A stretch of 58,635 bases of DNA, filler included, from an uncultured virus (IMG/VR IMGVR_UViG_2049941000_000260) (taxonomy: Duplodnaviria > Heunggongvirae > Uroviricota > Caudoviricetes). It is 11 parts of one record of this genome, joined end to end, with 100 filler letters (N's around TTAATTAATTAA, not from the genome) between each part and the next. Parts side by side here need not be neighbours in the genome. Positions count along the whole stretch, not along the records: positions 25,396 to 28,820 come from IMGVR_UViG_2049941000_000260; positions 28,921 to 31,565 come from IMGVR_UViG_2049941000_000260; positions 31,666 to 36,778 come from IMGVR_UViG_2049941000_000260; positions 36,879 to 46,570 come from IMGVR_UViG_2049941000_000260; 7 more parts are not named here. One strand, written 5' to 3'. Both the position numbers and the translations under genes were made by a program. The number at the start of each line of letters is the position of its first letter. Position 1 is the first letter of the stretch. The notes under the pieces are model-generated. The model worked only from the letters and a program-made list of their open reading frames with translations, had not been told where the DNA came from and ran no database searches. This document shows positions 27,969 through 38,717 of the stretch, in pieces.

Positions 27969-28820
27969 TATGACTCGGTTTGTTCGTTGGCATTACATGG
28001 TCATATACAATGACAAGATAGCTTTCGAAACACGTCTTGAGGAAAATCCATTTGTAGTATTCTTTTGGTCATTACGTCAGGGTGAGAATGTCGGACGCGG
28101 GTTGCTCACAAAACTTTTGCCAGATGCAGAAGAGCTTGAAGGATTAACAAAGTTAAAGCAACAATGGCTACAGCTATACGGCATGGGTCCATATACAGTT
28201 GTGGTATCCAAGCTAATTAACCCTGCTATGGTTAAGATTAGACCAAATTCAGTTATTCCAGTACAAGAGCAGGGAGCAATCCAGCCATTACAACCGGCAG
28301 GAAATCCCCAGATAGAACAGATGCACATCCAGGAATTGCAACAAGCAATCAAGGAGACTGCATTAGACTTTACGATTCCCAACGACCCGCGAATGACGGC
28401 TACTCAGGTTCAGTACATAGCACAACGGCAGTTACAGATTTTTGCGGGTGTTGTGGGTCGTATACAATTTCAGTTCTTGTGGAAGATCATACAAAATTGT
28501 TTGGATATACTCATTAAGGTGGGCTCTATTGAGTTACCGCCTGAGTTGTCCAAGATTGACCCAAGAACAACCACATTAAAAATATTGTCCCCAATCGGTC
28601 GTGTACAGTTTATGAATGACTTGAACTCTTTAACGACAGCATTGGGAACGATAGCACAAATCGATCCATCATTGATACAGCAGTATGTACGCACTGAGGA
28701 CTTACCAACGTACATATTTGAACAGACCGGTTCTCCTGCAAAACTATTGCGTTCTAAGGAAGAGACCGAACAAGTTCAGCAACAAATGCAACAACAGCAA
28801 GCCGCTATGATGATGGCTCA
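27969..28820 (+). CDS. portal protein, C-terminal half
   Basis: NPFVVFFW...GENVGRG...LPD...RMTATQVQ...SPIGR. Confidence 0.88.
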
Positions 28821-28921
28821 NNNNNNNNNNNNNNNNNNNNNNNNNNNNNNNNNNNNNNNNNNNNTTAATTAATTAANNNNNNNNNNNNNNNNNNNNNNNN
28901 NNNNNNNNNNNNNNNNNNNNA

Positions 28922-29110
28922 TATTACATTGCAATTCAGCTCTGTCCAATGATTGGTCGTCAGTTTGAATTACAGAAACAGCTCATAGGATTTACGTATG
29001 GGGCTGGTGCAGATAGTGTATATACAGTAGCGTGCAACGATGATGTACAGCAATACACGCCTCAAGTTTTGGATACAAACCTTTTACAATCACTTAGGGA
29101 GATGTACTAA
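28922..29110 (+). CDS. tail tubular protein A, C-terminal fragment
   Basis: YIAIQLCPMIG...ACNDD...LREMY*; TAATG-coupled to tubular B. Confidence 0.6.
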   Translation, partial: YYIAIQLCPMIGRQFELQKQLIGFTYGAGADSVYTVACNDDVQQYTPQVLDTNLLQSLREMY

Positions 29111-29334
29111 TGGCGGTTACTCTTTGTCCTCAGTTTAGTTTTACAGCAGGTCAGCTGGATAAAAACATATCACAGCGTGGTGATCTTCAGCAGTATTACA
29201 AAGGTCTGAAGAAGGCTGAAAATGTAATGGTGAAACTAACGGGCGGACTGAAACGCCGTTATGGAACAAAACTTTTAAGAGCTACGCCTACAACAAATGC
29301 CGATAAAGAATTTAGAATCGTTGACTACAATGGG
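29110..29334 (+). CDS. tail tubular protein B, N-terminus
   Basis: QFSFTAGQL...RGDL..Y...N......GGLKRRYGT motif. Confidence 0.85.
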
Positions 29335-29344
29335 NNNNNNNNNN

Positions 29345-29377
29345 ACGTAGAGTTATTGTTAGTGCTATTGAGTTCAT
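29345..29377 (-). CDS. probable start of the RHH antitoxin (MNSIALTITLR)
   Basis: Supplies the RHH beta strand missing from 1564-1797; TTGACA promoter at 29407-29412; the join across gaps is inferred. Confidence 0.5.
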
Positions 29378-29448
29378 GTCTTTACAATGGATTACCAATA
29401 TAATTCTGTCAAGTTTATAATGGTCAATAATATAACCAATAGAAATAA

Positions 29449-29511
29449 TAGAAATTTTTACAAAAAAATTAAAAAAAACTTAACAAATAGAAAATTTTCT
29501 ATTATATTTAA
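29449..29511 (+). promoter_or_regulatory. capsid-operon promoter with palindromic operator
   Basis: TTAACA(29480)-17-TATATT(29503); the spacer is occupied by the perfect palindrome AATAGAAAATTTTCTATT (29486-29503); near-identical copy at 31487-31549. Confidence 0.65.
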
Positions 29512-29675
29512 TCTAACAAAGGCATCTCTTTTCAAGGGTTTTGGACACGTCCCTTTTTTAACACTTGCAAAGCGTGGCAAATTTTAAGGCTCCACGATGA
29601 AAGAAACTCATAATGAATCGACCCTGAGTTAAAACGCTAATTCACAACTAGTAACTTTAACAATAGGAGACAATT

Positions 29676-30468
29676 ATGAGCTACACAATTACTCAAGCTC
29701 AGATTAGAAAATTTGATCCCGAAGTAAAAGGGGTCTATCANNNNNNNNNNAGCAACCTACGATATCGCCTGGAACTATGCAGGAAACGCAGCAGGTATCA
29801 GCGAACGCATGGTACAACATGCCAATGCTTTGTTGTCGCACAATGCTGTTCCGTTCGAGGATCGTTACTTTATTGCCCCATACAGCGTATTGGAAATCAT
29901 GTTGTCAACGCAAGAATTTGTAACCCGTCAATGGGTTGGCGAGTTGCGTCCAGCTTTGGAAGGTAAACTTGTCAACTTCGGTGGATTCAAGTGGATATTC
30001 ATGGCTAACAATCCTGANNNNNNNNNNCGCACTCGACCAAGTGCCCACGACCTACGACATTCCATACAATTATGCAGGAAACGCCGAAGGTATCAGTGAA
30101 CGCATGGTACAACATGCAAACGCTTTGTTGTCACACAATGCTGTTCCGTTCGAGGATCGTTACTTCATTGCCCCATACAGCGTATTGGAATTGATGTTGT
30201 CCACACAGGAATTCGTAACCCGTCAATGGGTTGGTGAGTTGCGTCCAGCGTTGGAAGGTAAGCTCGTCAACTTCGGTGGATTCAAGTGGATATTCATGGC
30301 TAACAATCCTGAAGGTGGAATGCCTTATGTTGAACAAGCAGGAGGAATGTATGAATACAATTGCTTTGCTTGCCACAAGCGCGCTCTTGAAGTTGCTGTT
30401 GGTGAAGGCAATGTTGGTGGTTCTGGTGTTCCGATGTTGCGTATTGACCGTGTACCTGAAAAAGGTTC
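29676..30468 (+). CDS. major capsid protein fragments (start plus two allelic internal pieces, gaps between)
   Basis: MSYTITQAQIRKFDPEVKGVYQ after AGGAG; NAVPFEDRYF...EF...ALEGK..FGGFKWI. Confidence 0.82.
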
Positions 30469-30486
30469 NNNNNNNNNNTCTGTTTA

Positions 30487-30855
30487 TTACCGCTCAAAGT
30501 CTCTACAAACGTCATATGCTATGTCGAACCATATTTGTCGGATATTATAGAAGCTTAATTCTTTTTCTGTTAACTCTGAATGAAGCTTTGCAAAAAAACG
30601 GAATATTATTTCGTCATATATTTTTGCTGCCAAAAAACTTAATTCTTCTTGTAGAGCTCCCGTTCTTGATCTCTTTAAATCCTTTAATATTTCGCTAACA
30701 ATGTAAGCTCTTTTCTTTGTTATCCAAAGAATGGTTAATTCTAAAACTCCTACATTGTTTATTTTTAAATAGTTTTGTGCAACAGCGCATTCGTCCATCC
30801 CGTGCAATGCTTTTCTAGCATTAGGATAGTTTATTCTTTTTATTCCGTTATTCAT
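30487..30855 (-). CDS. hypothetical protein downstream of YoeB
   Basis: 122-aa ORF ATGA-coupled to a 19-codon ORF (30852-30911). Confidence 0.55.
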   Translation of the reverse strand: MNNGIKRINYPNARKALHGMDECAVAQNYLKINNVGVLELTILWITKKRAYIVSEILKDLKRSRTGALQEELSFLAAKIYDEIIFRFFAKLHSELTEKELSFYNIRQIWFDIAYDVCRDFER

Positions 30856-30903
30856 TGTGGAGTGCCTTGTTCTTCAAATTCTGGTTCTGGTATGTAAGTT
30901 TCG

Positions 30904-31161
30904 TTATTCATGATAATGTGTCCAGCATGATAAAATTTCTATGTATTTTTCGTCTTCATAGACCTGGTAAACCAGTCTATGTTGAATGTTAATGCGACGA
31001 GAATACTTTTTGCAACCCACGAGGGGTTCAAAAAGAGGTGGTTCTGTATAAGGGTTTTTCTGAATGAGATTAAGCAAAAAAGTTACTTTTTCTTTGTAAG
31101 GACTTTTTTTAATCTTTTCTAAATCTTTTTCTGCTTGTTTCGTATAGCGAATGAGGTACAT
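30904..31161 (-). CDS. yoeB: Txe/YoeB family toxin
   Basis: YTKQAEKDL...NPY...PPLFEPL...YSRRINIQHRLVY...SCWTHY. Confidence 0.93.
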   Translation of the reverse strand: MYLIRYTKQAEKDLEKIKKSPYKEKVTFLLNLIQKNPYTEPPLFEPLVGCKKYSRRINIQHRLVYQVYEDEKYIEILSCWTHYHE

Positions 31162-31165
31162 GATA

Positions 31166-31429
31166 TTATTTTATCGAGGCAAACATTTCTTCTGGTGTTT
31201 TAAATCCCTGTTGATCGCATATATGCTGAGGATGCATTATTTTATCGTGTTCAACTGGGTTCATAAATATTTCTACAGTTTCCATTAAGCTTTTGTAGTC
31301 AGCCTCGTTTATCAAAACAATATTATTGCCTTGTCGGTTAGCTATTAAAATAGGTTCGCCTTCAGTTTGTACTTCTTTAATGATATTAAAAAAGTCTCTT
31401 CTTAAATTAGTAGCACATTTTGTGATCAT
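31166..31429 (-). CDS. yefM: Phd/YefM family antitoxin
   Basis: ATNLRRDFFNIIKEV...EPILI...VLINEADYKSLMET. Confidence 0.9.
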   Translation of the reverse strand: MITKCATNLRRDFFNIIKEVQTEGEPILIANRQGNNIVLINEADYKSLMETVEIFMNPVEHDKIMHPQHICDQQGFKTPEEMFASIK

Positions 31430-31665
31430 GATTTTATATTAAAAACGTGCACATTGATGTCAATGACAAAATTTAAGTATAATCTATAGAAATTTTTACA
31501 AAAAAATTAAAAAAAACTTAACAAATAGAAATTTTTCTATTATATTTAAGATATAATAAGGCTAANNNNNNNNNNNNNNNNNNNNNNNNNNNNNNNNNNN
31601 NNNNNNNNNTTAATTAATTAANNNNNNNNNNNNNNNNNNNNNNNNNNNNNNNNNNNNNNNNNNNN

Positions 31666-32085
31666 GTTTGCTGGAAACTTAGGTACGGCAATACCTGCAT
31701 TGTTTGGTTCAATAGGACAATCAGGAAGACGTATGCCAAGTTATGGCGATACAGGACTTGGAAGGAGTCTGTTGGATACAAACAAGCGTGTTGCTCAGAT
31801 TGGTCTTGCTAAGAAGCAGAGGGATGTCATTAAGCAAGCCAGGACAGCTCAAGGCACGATTAGTGCATACTTAGCTGGACGTGGATTTGCTAAGGGTGGT
31901 TCTACTGCAATGATCCTATCAAATCAGAATCTCAATAACGCGATGGAAGATATTGAGATGGCTGGACTGGAAACACATCAGAGAATATTTGAGGCAAACA
32001 TTAGGCAACTTCAAGGCGATTATTCTATGATGAATAATTTGGAGGCTATGAATTTATCTTATGAAAATCCAATGGTTAAATTCAT
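31666..32085 (+). CDS. internal virion protein fragment (allele of 33848-34408)
   Basis: Near-identical protein. Confidence 0.6.
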
Positions 32086-32770
32086 NNNNNNNNNNNNNNN
32101 NNNNNNNNNNNNNNNNNNNNNNNNNNNNNNNNNNNNNNNNNNNNNNNNNNNNNNNNNNNNNNNNNNNNNNNNNNNNNNNNNNNNNNNNNNNNNNNNNNNN
32201 NNNNNNNNNNNNNNNNNNNNNNNNNNNNNNNNNNNNNNNNNNNNNNNNNNNNNNNNNNNNNNNNNNNNNNNNNNNNNNNNNNNNNNNNNNNNNNNNNNNN
32301 NNNNNNNNNNNNNNNNNNNNNNNNNNNNNNNNNNNNNNNNNNNNNNNNNNNNNNNNNNNNNNNNNNNNNNNNNNNNNNNNNNNNNNNNNNNNNNNNNNNN
32401 NNNNNNNNNNNNNNNNNNNNNNNNNNNNNNNNNNNNNNNNNNNNNNNNNNNNNNNNNNNNNNNNNNNNNNNNNNNNNNNNNNNNNNNNNNNNNNNNNNNN
32501 NNNNNNNNNNNNNNNNNNNNNNNNNNNNNNNNNNNNNNNNNNNNNNNNNNNNNNNNNNNNNNNNNNNNNNNNNNNNNNNNNNNNNNNNNNNNNNNNNNNN
32601 NNNNNNNNNNNNNNNNNNNNNNNNNNNNNNNNNNNNNNNNNNNNNNNNNNNNNNNNNNNNNNNNNNNNNNNNNNNNNNNNNNNNNNNNNNNNNNNNNNNN
32701 NNNNNNNNNNNNNNNNNNNNNNNNNNNNNNNNNNNNNNNNNNNNNNNNNNNNNNNNNNNNNNNNNNNNNN

Positions 32771-33124
32771 AATCTATGCAACCAACAATAAGTTCTATTT
32801 AATTAAGGACTCAGGTTTGGCTGGCGGTTATGATTTTGTATGTTTAGATCCTGAATGCTACTTAGATAGCTCTGTTAGTGCTACAGTAGCTGCGGGTGTA
32901 GTTACAGGTTTGGCACGCCATGCAAGTACTACCGTTGATGTTATTTTGAAGACCGATGGTAGTCATCTTGGTCAATTTGCTGTAGACGCTGGAGGCAATC
33001 TGAATCTTGGAACAAATGATTACGATGGACAAGACATTGAGATTGGCTATGGCTATCTTGCAAGCATTGAAACACTTCCTATAGAGGATGTTCAACGCAT
33101 TGGCTCAAGTATCGGTAAAGAAAA
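32771..33124 (+). CDS. tail tubular protein B fragment
   Basis: Allele of 2190-2595. Confidence 0.7.
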
Positions 33125-33134
33125 NNNNNNNNNN

Positions 33135-33650
33135 TTTGTCTGCTGTAGAAGGCGATAGAAGATTGGTTGGGCAGGTGTTTGAAGCTGCAAAAGCTATTCA
33201 ACAAAGCGAAGACAATCTACGTCAATCAATTACCGAACAACAAAACAAAGTTCTTTTATTAGACGCGGTCAACAAAATAAGTTCTATCAATCAAAGTTTG
33301 TATGAGGAGCTAAAGTATGATCCTGATAGGTTTAAAGTAGCATCTAATGAGCAATCTGCAAAAGTAATAAACGAACTTCCTTTGTTGTTGAGAGATGCGG
33401 CTAAGAACTCTTTTTTACAACAACAGAACGGTTATTATTACAAAGCACTAAACAACAAGCGAGAATACCTTGACAAACAATCGTTTGAGCAAACACAATT
33501 AAGTATTAAGAATTTGGCCAAAGACGCATCCTCGTCGATCGTAGGACTGTTTAACGCAAATCCATCGTTAAACATACAATCTCAAATTGGTTTGGGTTCT
33601 TCCATTGCACAAGCGATGCAGTTTTTGGGAACAAAAGATTCTTATGGTAT
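33135..33650 (+). CDS. internal virion protein fragment (allele of 36879-38707)
   Basis: Near-identical protein. Confidence 0.6.
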
Positions 33651-33687
33651 GGGCGTTGTTCNNNNNNNNNNTTCTTTACTAACAAAG

Positions 33688-34408
33688 TTATTTGGCTTCC
33701 TCATCTAATTTCCTATTGATTGATGCTGTTACTTGTTTTCCAATATTGCTTAAGTTTTGGCTAATCATTGGTTGCACAAAGCTTTCTTTCATGAATTTAA
33801 CCATTGGATTTTCATAAGATAAATTCATAGCCTCCAANNNNNNNNNNCCCAATATTGCTTAGGTTTTGGCTAATCATTGGTTGTATAAAACTTTCCTTCA
33901 TGAATTTAACCATTGGATTTTCATAAGATAAATTCATAGCCTCCAAATTGTTCATCATTGAGTAATCTCCTTGAAGTTGCCTAATGTTTGCCTCAAGCAT
34001 TCTCTGATATGTTTCCAGCCCAGCCATCTCAATATCTTCCATTGCGTTATTGAGGTTCTGATTCGCAAGTATCATTTCAGTAGAACCACCCTTAGCAAAC
34101 CCACGACCAGCCAAGTATGCACTAATCGTGCCTTGAGCAGTCCTGGCTTGTTTAATGACATCCCTCTGCTTTTTAGCAAGACCGATCTGAGCAACACGCT
34201 TGTTGGTATCTAATAGACTCCTTCCAAGACCCGTATCGCCATAGCTTGGCATACGCTTTCCTGATTGTCCTATTGAACCAAACAACGCAGGTATTGCAGT
34301 ACCTAAATTGCCAGCAAACCCTAAACCAATATTTTTAAATGCGTCCTTAAAGCTTCCTCCTCCAAGTCCTGCATTCAACAAGCTACTACCCAATAAAGAG
34401 AATAACAT
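33688..34408 (-). CDS. small internal virion protein following tubular B (two allele pieces split by a gap)
   Basis: Gly-rich N-terminus, AYLAGRG...GS motif; TAATG-coupled to tubular B; T7 gp14-like position. Confidence 0.6.
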
Positions 34409-34639
34409 TATTCGTTAACCTCCGCTTTTACTTGAATGTTTCTAATACTCAAAGCCAAAGGTTTGGTTTGAGATATTCTAATGGTCTGCTCCCTGCTCCA
34501 ACCATATTGTGTCCTGTTTACAAAAGAGTCCGTCACAGCGTTTGTATTATTCGTATCAATTATAGTGTAACCATTGATTGTCATGTTTGCAACACTTTCC
34601 GGGTTTACAAACACCTCGCTAATGATTTTTTCTTTTCCG
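34408..34639 (-). CDS. tail tubular protein B C-terminus
   Basis: GWSREQTIRISQTKPLALSIRNI. Confidence 0.8.
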
Positions 34640-34649
34640 NNNNNNNNNN

Positions 34650-35529
34650 ATTGGATGGGAGCCCATCATATCTGCTACCAGAGGTTATCCAAGAACGATA
34701 GCATTTTATGCAGGACGCATGTATTTTGGTGGTACAAAAAGCATACCAAATCTTTTAATGGCTTCTACCGTTGAGGACAATTATGATTTCGACTTAGGCG
34801 ATGCTAGTGACAATGACGGGTTCTATGAACTGTTGGACTCTAGAGATACTGCTCATATATACATGCTTCAATCAAGGAACACTCTTGAAATCTATTGCAA
34901 TGAATCCGTCTATGTCATAGCAACAGCAGGATTCATTAGCCCAGTAAATGTCAAGGTTACAAGAGCTTCTTCGGTTGGTATAGCAGAGAGAGCAGAAGCT
35001 CCATTGATCAGTGATGGCGGTTCGGTATACATCAATCATGATGAAAATGGTATATATTATCTGTCATATCTCTTTGATGTAGAATCTTATCAGAGCCAAA
35101 TCATTAGCCAGATGTCATCTGAGTTGGTTTCAAACTCAAGCTCCACATTTAATACGGTTGTATGGAAAGGCAATGATGAGTTTAAAAACAACTTCTTTGC
35201 ATACATCGATGGCGATGACAACGTGGTATTCATCACAATACTTTTAAGCCAGGAGGTCATTGGATTTACCAAGCTGATCTTCAAACACAATGGCAACAAT
35301 TCTAAGGTGTATGCNNNNNNNNNNGTTTGTAAACCCGGAAAGTGTTGCAAATATGACCATCAATGGTTACACTATAGTTGACAAAAGCAATACAAATGCT
35401 GTGACGAACTCTTTTGTGAATAGGACACAATATGGTTGGAGCAGGGAGCAGACCATTAGAATATCTCAAACCAAACCTTTGGCTTTGAGCATTAGAAATA
35501 TTCAAGTGAAAGCTGAGGTGAACGAATAA
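34650..35529 (+). CDS. tail tubular protein B fragments
   Basis: RGYPRTIAFYAGRMYFGG...DFDLG...DNDG. Confidence 0.85.
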
Positions 35530-35627
35530 TGTTATTCTCTTTATTAGGAAGCAGTTTGTTGAATGCAGGACTTGGAGGAGGAAGCTTTAAGGATGCATTT
35601 AAAAATATTGGTTTAGGNNNNNNNNNN

Positions 35628-36778
35628 CTTTGGACAAAATACTGCTGACGTATACGACGTCGATACTAATACTTATCTGTGTAGTTTTGCTACTGGTAAA
35701 TCCGCATCGTTAATAACACAATGCGATTACGAAACCGATCGCAATAAGATAATTTTCGTTCATGAGACCGTTAAGCCTTTTGCAATTACATGGGCAAACT
35801 ATGGCTTAAATGCAGGAGATTATACGGTCGCCGATTTAGATTTGGTTAATATACCAGACTATGAATTTGTAGCTAATGACAAAACAGGGACAACGCTGGG
35901 AGGTGGAACATTAACACCTTCTGGCGTTACAGGATATGTCACATTAACTGCAAGCACGGGTACTCCTTTTGCGAACTCAAACATATCTCCAACGGCTACA
36001 GATGCCGATTGGGAGGGGAAGAAAATAATCATATCTCCTGTTGGTGTAGTTAGAATTGTTTCTAAAAAATCAAACACCGTTGTGTTAGGGTATGTGGAAC
36101 GTAGGATATCTTCAACAGATGCAATTCCTGCGGCGAATTGGACGGTNNNNNNNNNNTACGGCTACAGATGCCGATTGGGAGGGAAAGAAAATAATCATAT
36201 CTCCTGTTGGTGTTGTTAGAGTTGTTTCTAAAAAATCAAACACCGTTGTGTTAGGTTATGTTGAACGTAGGATATCTTCAACAGATGCAATTCCTGCGGC
36301 GAATTGGACGGTAGAGGTTGGTTGGGAGCCAATCATATCTGCTACTAGAGGTTATCCAAGAACGATAGCATTTTATGCTGGACGTATGTATTTTGGTGGG
36401 ACAAAAAGCATACCAAATCTTTTAATGGCTTCTACCATTGAGGATAATTATGATTTCGACTTGGGTGACGCTAGTGACAATGACGGGTTCTATGAACTAT
36501 TGGACTCCAGAGATACTGCTCATATATACATGCTTCAATCAAGGAACACTCTTGAAATCTATTGCAATGAATCCGTCTATGTCATAGCAACATCAGGCTT
36601 CATTAGCCCAGTAAATGTCAAGGTTACAAGAGCTTCTTCGGTGGGTATAGCAGAGAGAGCAGAAGCTCCATTGATCAGTGATGGCGGTTCGGTTTATATC
36701 AACCATGATGAAAATGGTATATACTATTTGTCATATCTCTTTGATGTAGAATCTTATCAGAGCCAAATCATTAGCCAG
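35628..36778 (+). CDS. tail tubular protein B fragments
   Basis: IFVHETVKP; W...S.TRGYP..IAFY.GR.YFGG. Confidence 0.82.
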
Positions 36779-36878
36779 NNNNNNNNNNNNNNNNNNNNNN
36801 NNNNNNNNNNNNNNNNNNNNNNTTAATTAATTAANNNNNNNNNNNNNNNNNNNNNNNNNNNNNNNNNNNNNNNNNNNN

Positions 36879-38707
36879 GTTGTCTGCTATAGATGGAGAT
36901 AGACGGTTGGTTGGTCAAATATTTGAAGCGGCAAAAGCTATTCAACAAAGCGAGGATAATCTACGTCAATCTATTACTGAACAACAAAACAAAGTGCTTT
37001 TGTTAGATGCTGTTAACAAAATTAGTTCTATCAATCAAAGTTTGTTTGAGGAGCTAAAGTATGATCCTGATAGGTTTAAAGTAGCATCTAATGAGCAATC
37101 TGCAAAAGTAATAAACGAACTTCCTTTGTTGTTGAGAGATGCAGCCAAGAACTCTTTTTTACAACAACAGAACGGTTATTATTACAAAGCATTAAACAAC
37201 AAGCGAGAATACCTCGACAAGCAATCGTTTGAACAAACACAACTAAGCATTAAGAATTTAGCTAAAGACGCTTCCTCGTCGATTGTAGGGCTGTTTAACG
37301 CAAATCCATCATTAAACATACAATCTCAAATTAGTTTGGGTTCTTCCATTGCACAAGCGATGCAGTTTTTGGGAGCAAAAGATTCTTATGGTATGGATCT
37401 ATTTTCTCCTCTTCAAAAAGAAAAAATATCACAAGGTTTTTACGGTACGTTATTTGAAGGTTTTTCAGAGCTAAAGTTTAGTTCTTTAAATTCTGTAGAT
37501 GAAAAAGAAAGATTTATAAAAGACGTTCTTTTGGGTTCAGCAAAAATCACCTACAAAGACCCAACAACAAACGCGGATGTTGAAATTCCGTCTTCTATGT
37601 TNNNNNNNNNNCAAGAGGGTAGAAACTCTATAGCGAGATCTCTTTCTTCCAGGCTAAAAAACGAAATAAAAGCACAAAAAGAAATTGATCAGGAGATGTT
37701 GGTAAAACAGGTTATTGCAGGCGGAGCGTTCCCTGATCCTAAAGACAAAGATTATAGGGATTCTGTTGATACATATTATGCAAAATATGTAAAACCCAAT
37801 ATTGCGTTTGATCAACCTTTGGAGTCTTTAAACTTAATTGGTGAGTTCGTTAATAAGACTAAAACAATTCCAAAAGGACTCGAAAGCGATTTGAGAGCTT
37901 GTTTGTCATCTGACAACTTCATGATTTTTTCTTTTGCTAGCGATGTGGTAAAAAACATAACTGTTAACAATCCAAATTTAATTGATTATTTGCCAGAAAA
38001 AGACATCGCAAAAGCTTTAACAATGAATAGAATGACAAGTGCTGGTGTTCCGCCAGAAGAAGCTTTTAATTATATTACAAAAAGTTTTGCTTCTATATCA
38101 AACGAAGTTCGAGAGCAACGGATACGCACATTCAATAAAAATTTAAACGACGAAAAAACCAGAGCTACTTTTGAGGCGGAAATAATGGAATCAGGTTGGT
38201 TTTGGTGGAAAGAAAACCAAAAACCAACAGATATTGTTGCTGATGAGTTTTATTACCAGTTTACAGATCTGGCTCGTGATTTTTATGTAATGGGTGCAGA
38301 TTTTGATACAGCACGCAAATCAGCCTTAGTTTGTATGAAGAAACGCTGGGGTAATAGTGCTGTTAACGGAGACGATATATTAACAGCATTACCGCCTGAA
38401 AAATACTATGCAGACTATTCTTTAACAGGTAAAATAATGCGTTCTGTTTTGTTGGATGTTATAGAGAATAACCCAAAAGAGATTGGCTTGCCGGAAGCCA
38501 CAAAAGTAAAATATCCCAACTCAAACAACTTTATTGTTCTTGCTGATAGGGCAACTTATGCAACAGCAGGAAATCCAACATCAAAACCTTCTTATGTTTT
38601 GTGCTACAAGAACGACATGGGAGTACCAGAACCGGTTCTTGGTGACGACCTTTTGCAAGTAAGGATTGGTGAAAACGTATGGAACAAAGAGGCTCGTTTT
38701 AAGTACG
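36879..38707 (+). CDS. large internal virion protein (partial)
   Basis: Long helical ORF in the ejection-protein position. Confidence 0.6.
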
Positions 38708-38717
38708 NNNNNNNNNN

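Noticed and set aside
32086..32770. Long ORFs spanning N-runs (also 50507-50743 and 57216-57976)
   Set aside because: They consist of undetermined bases.
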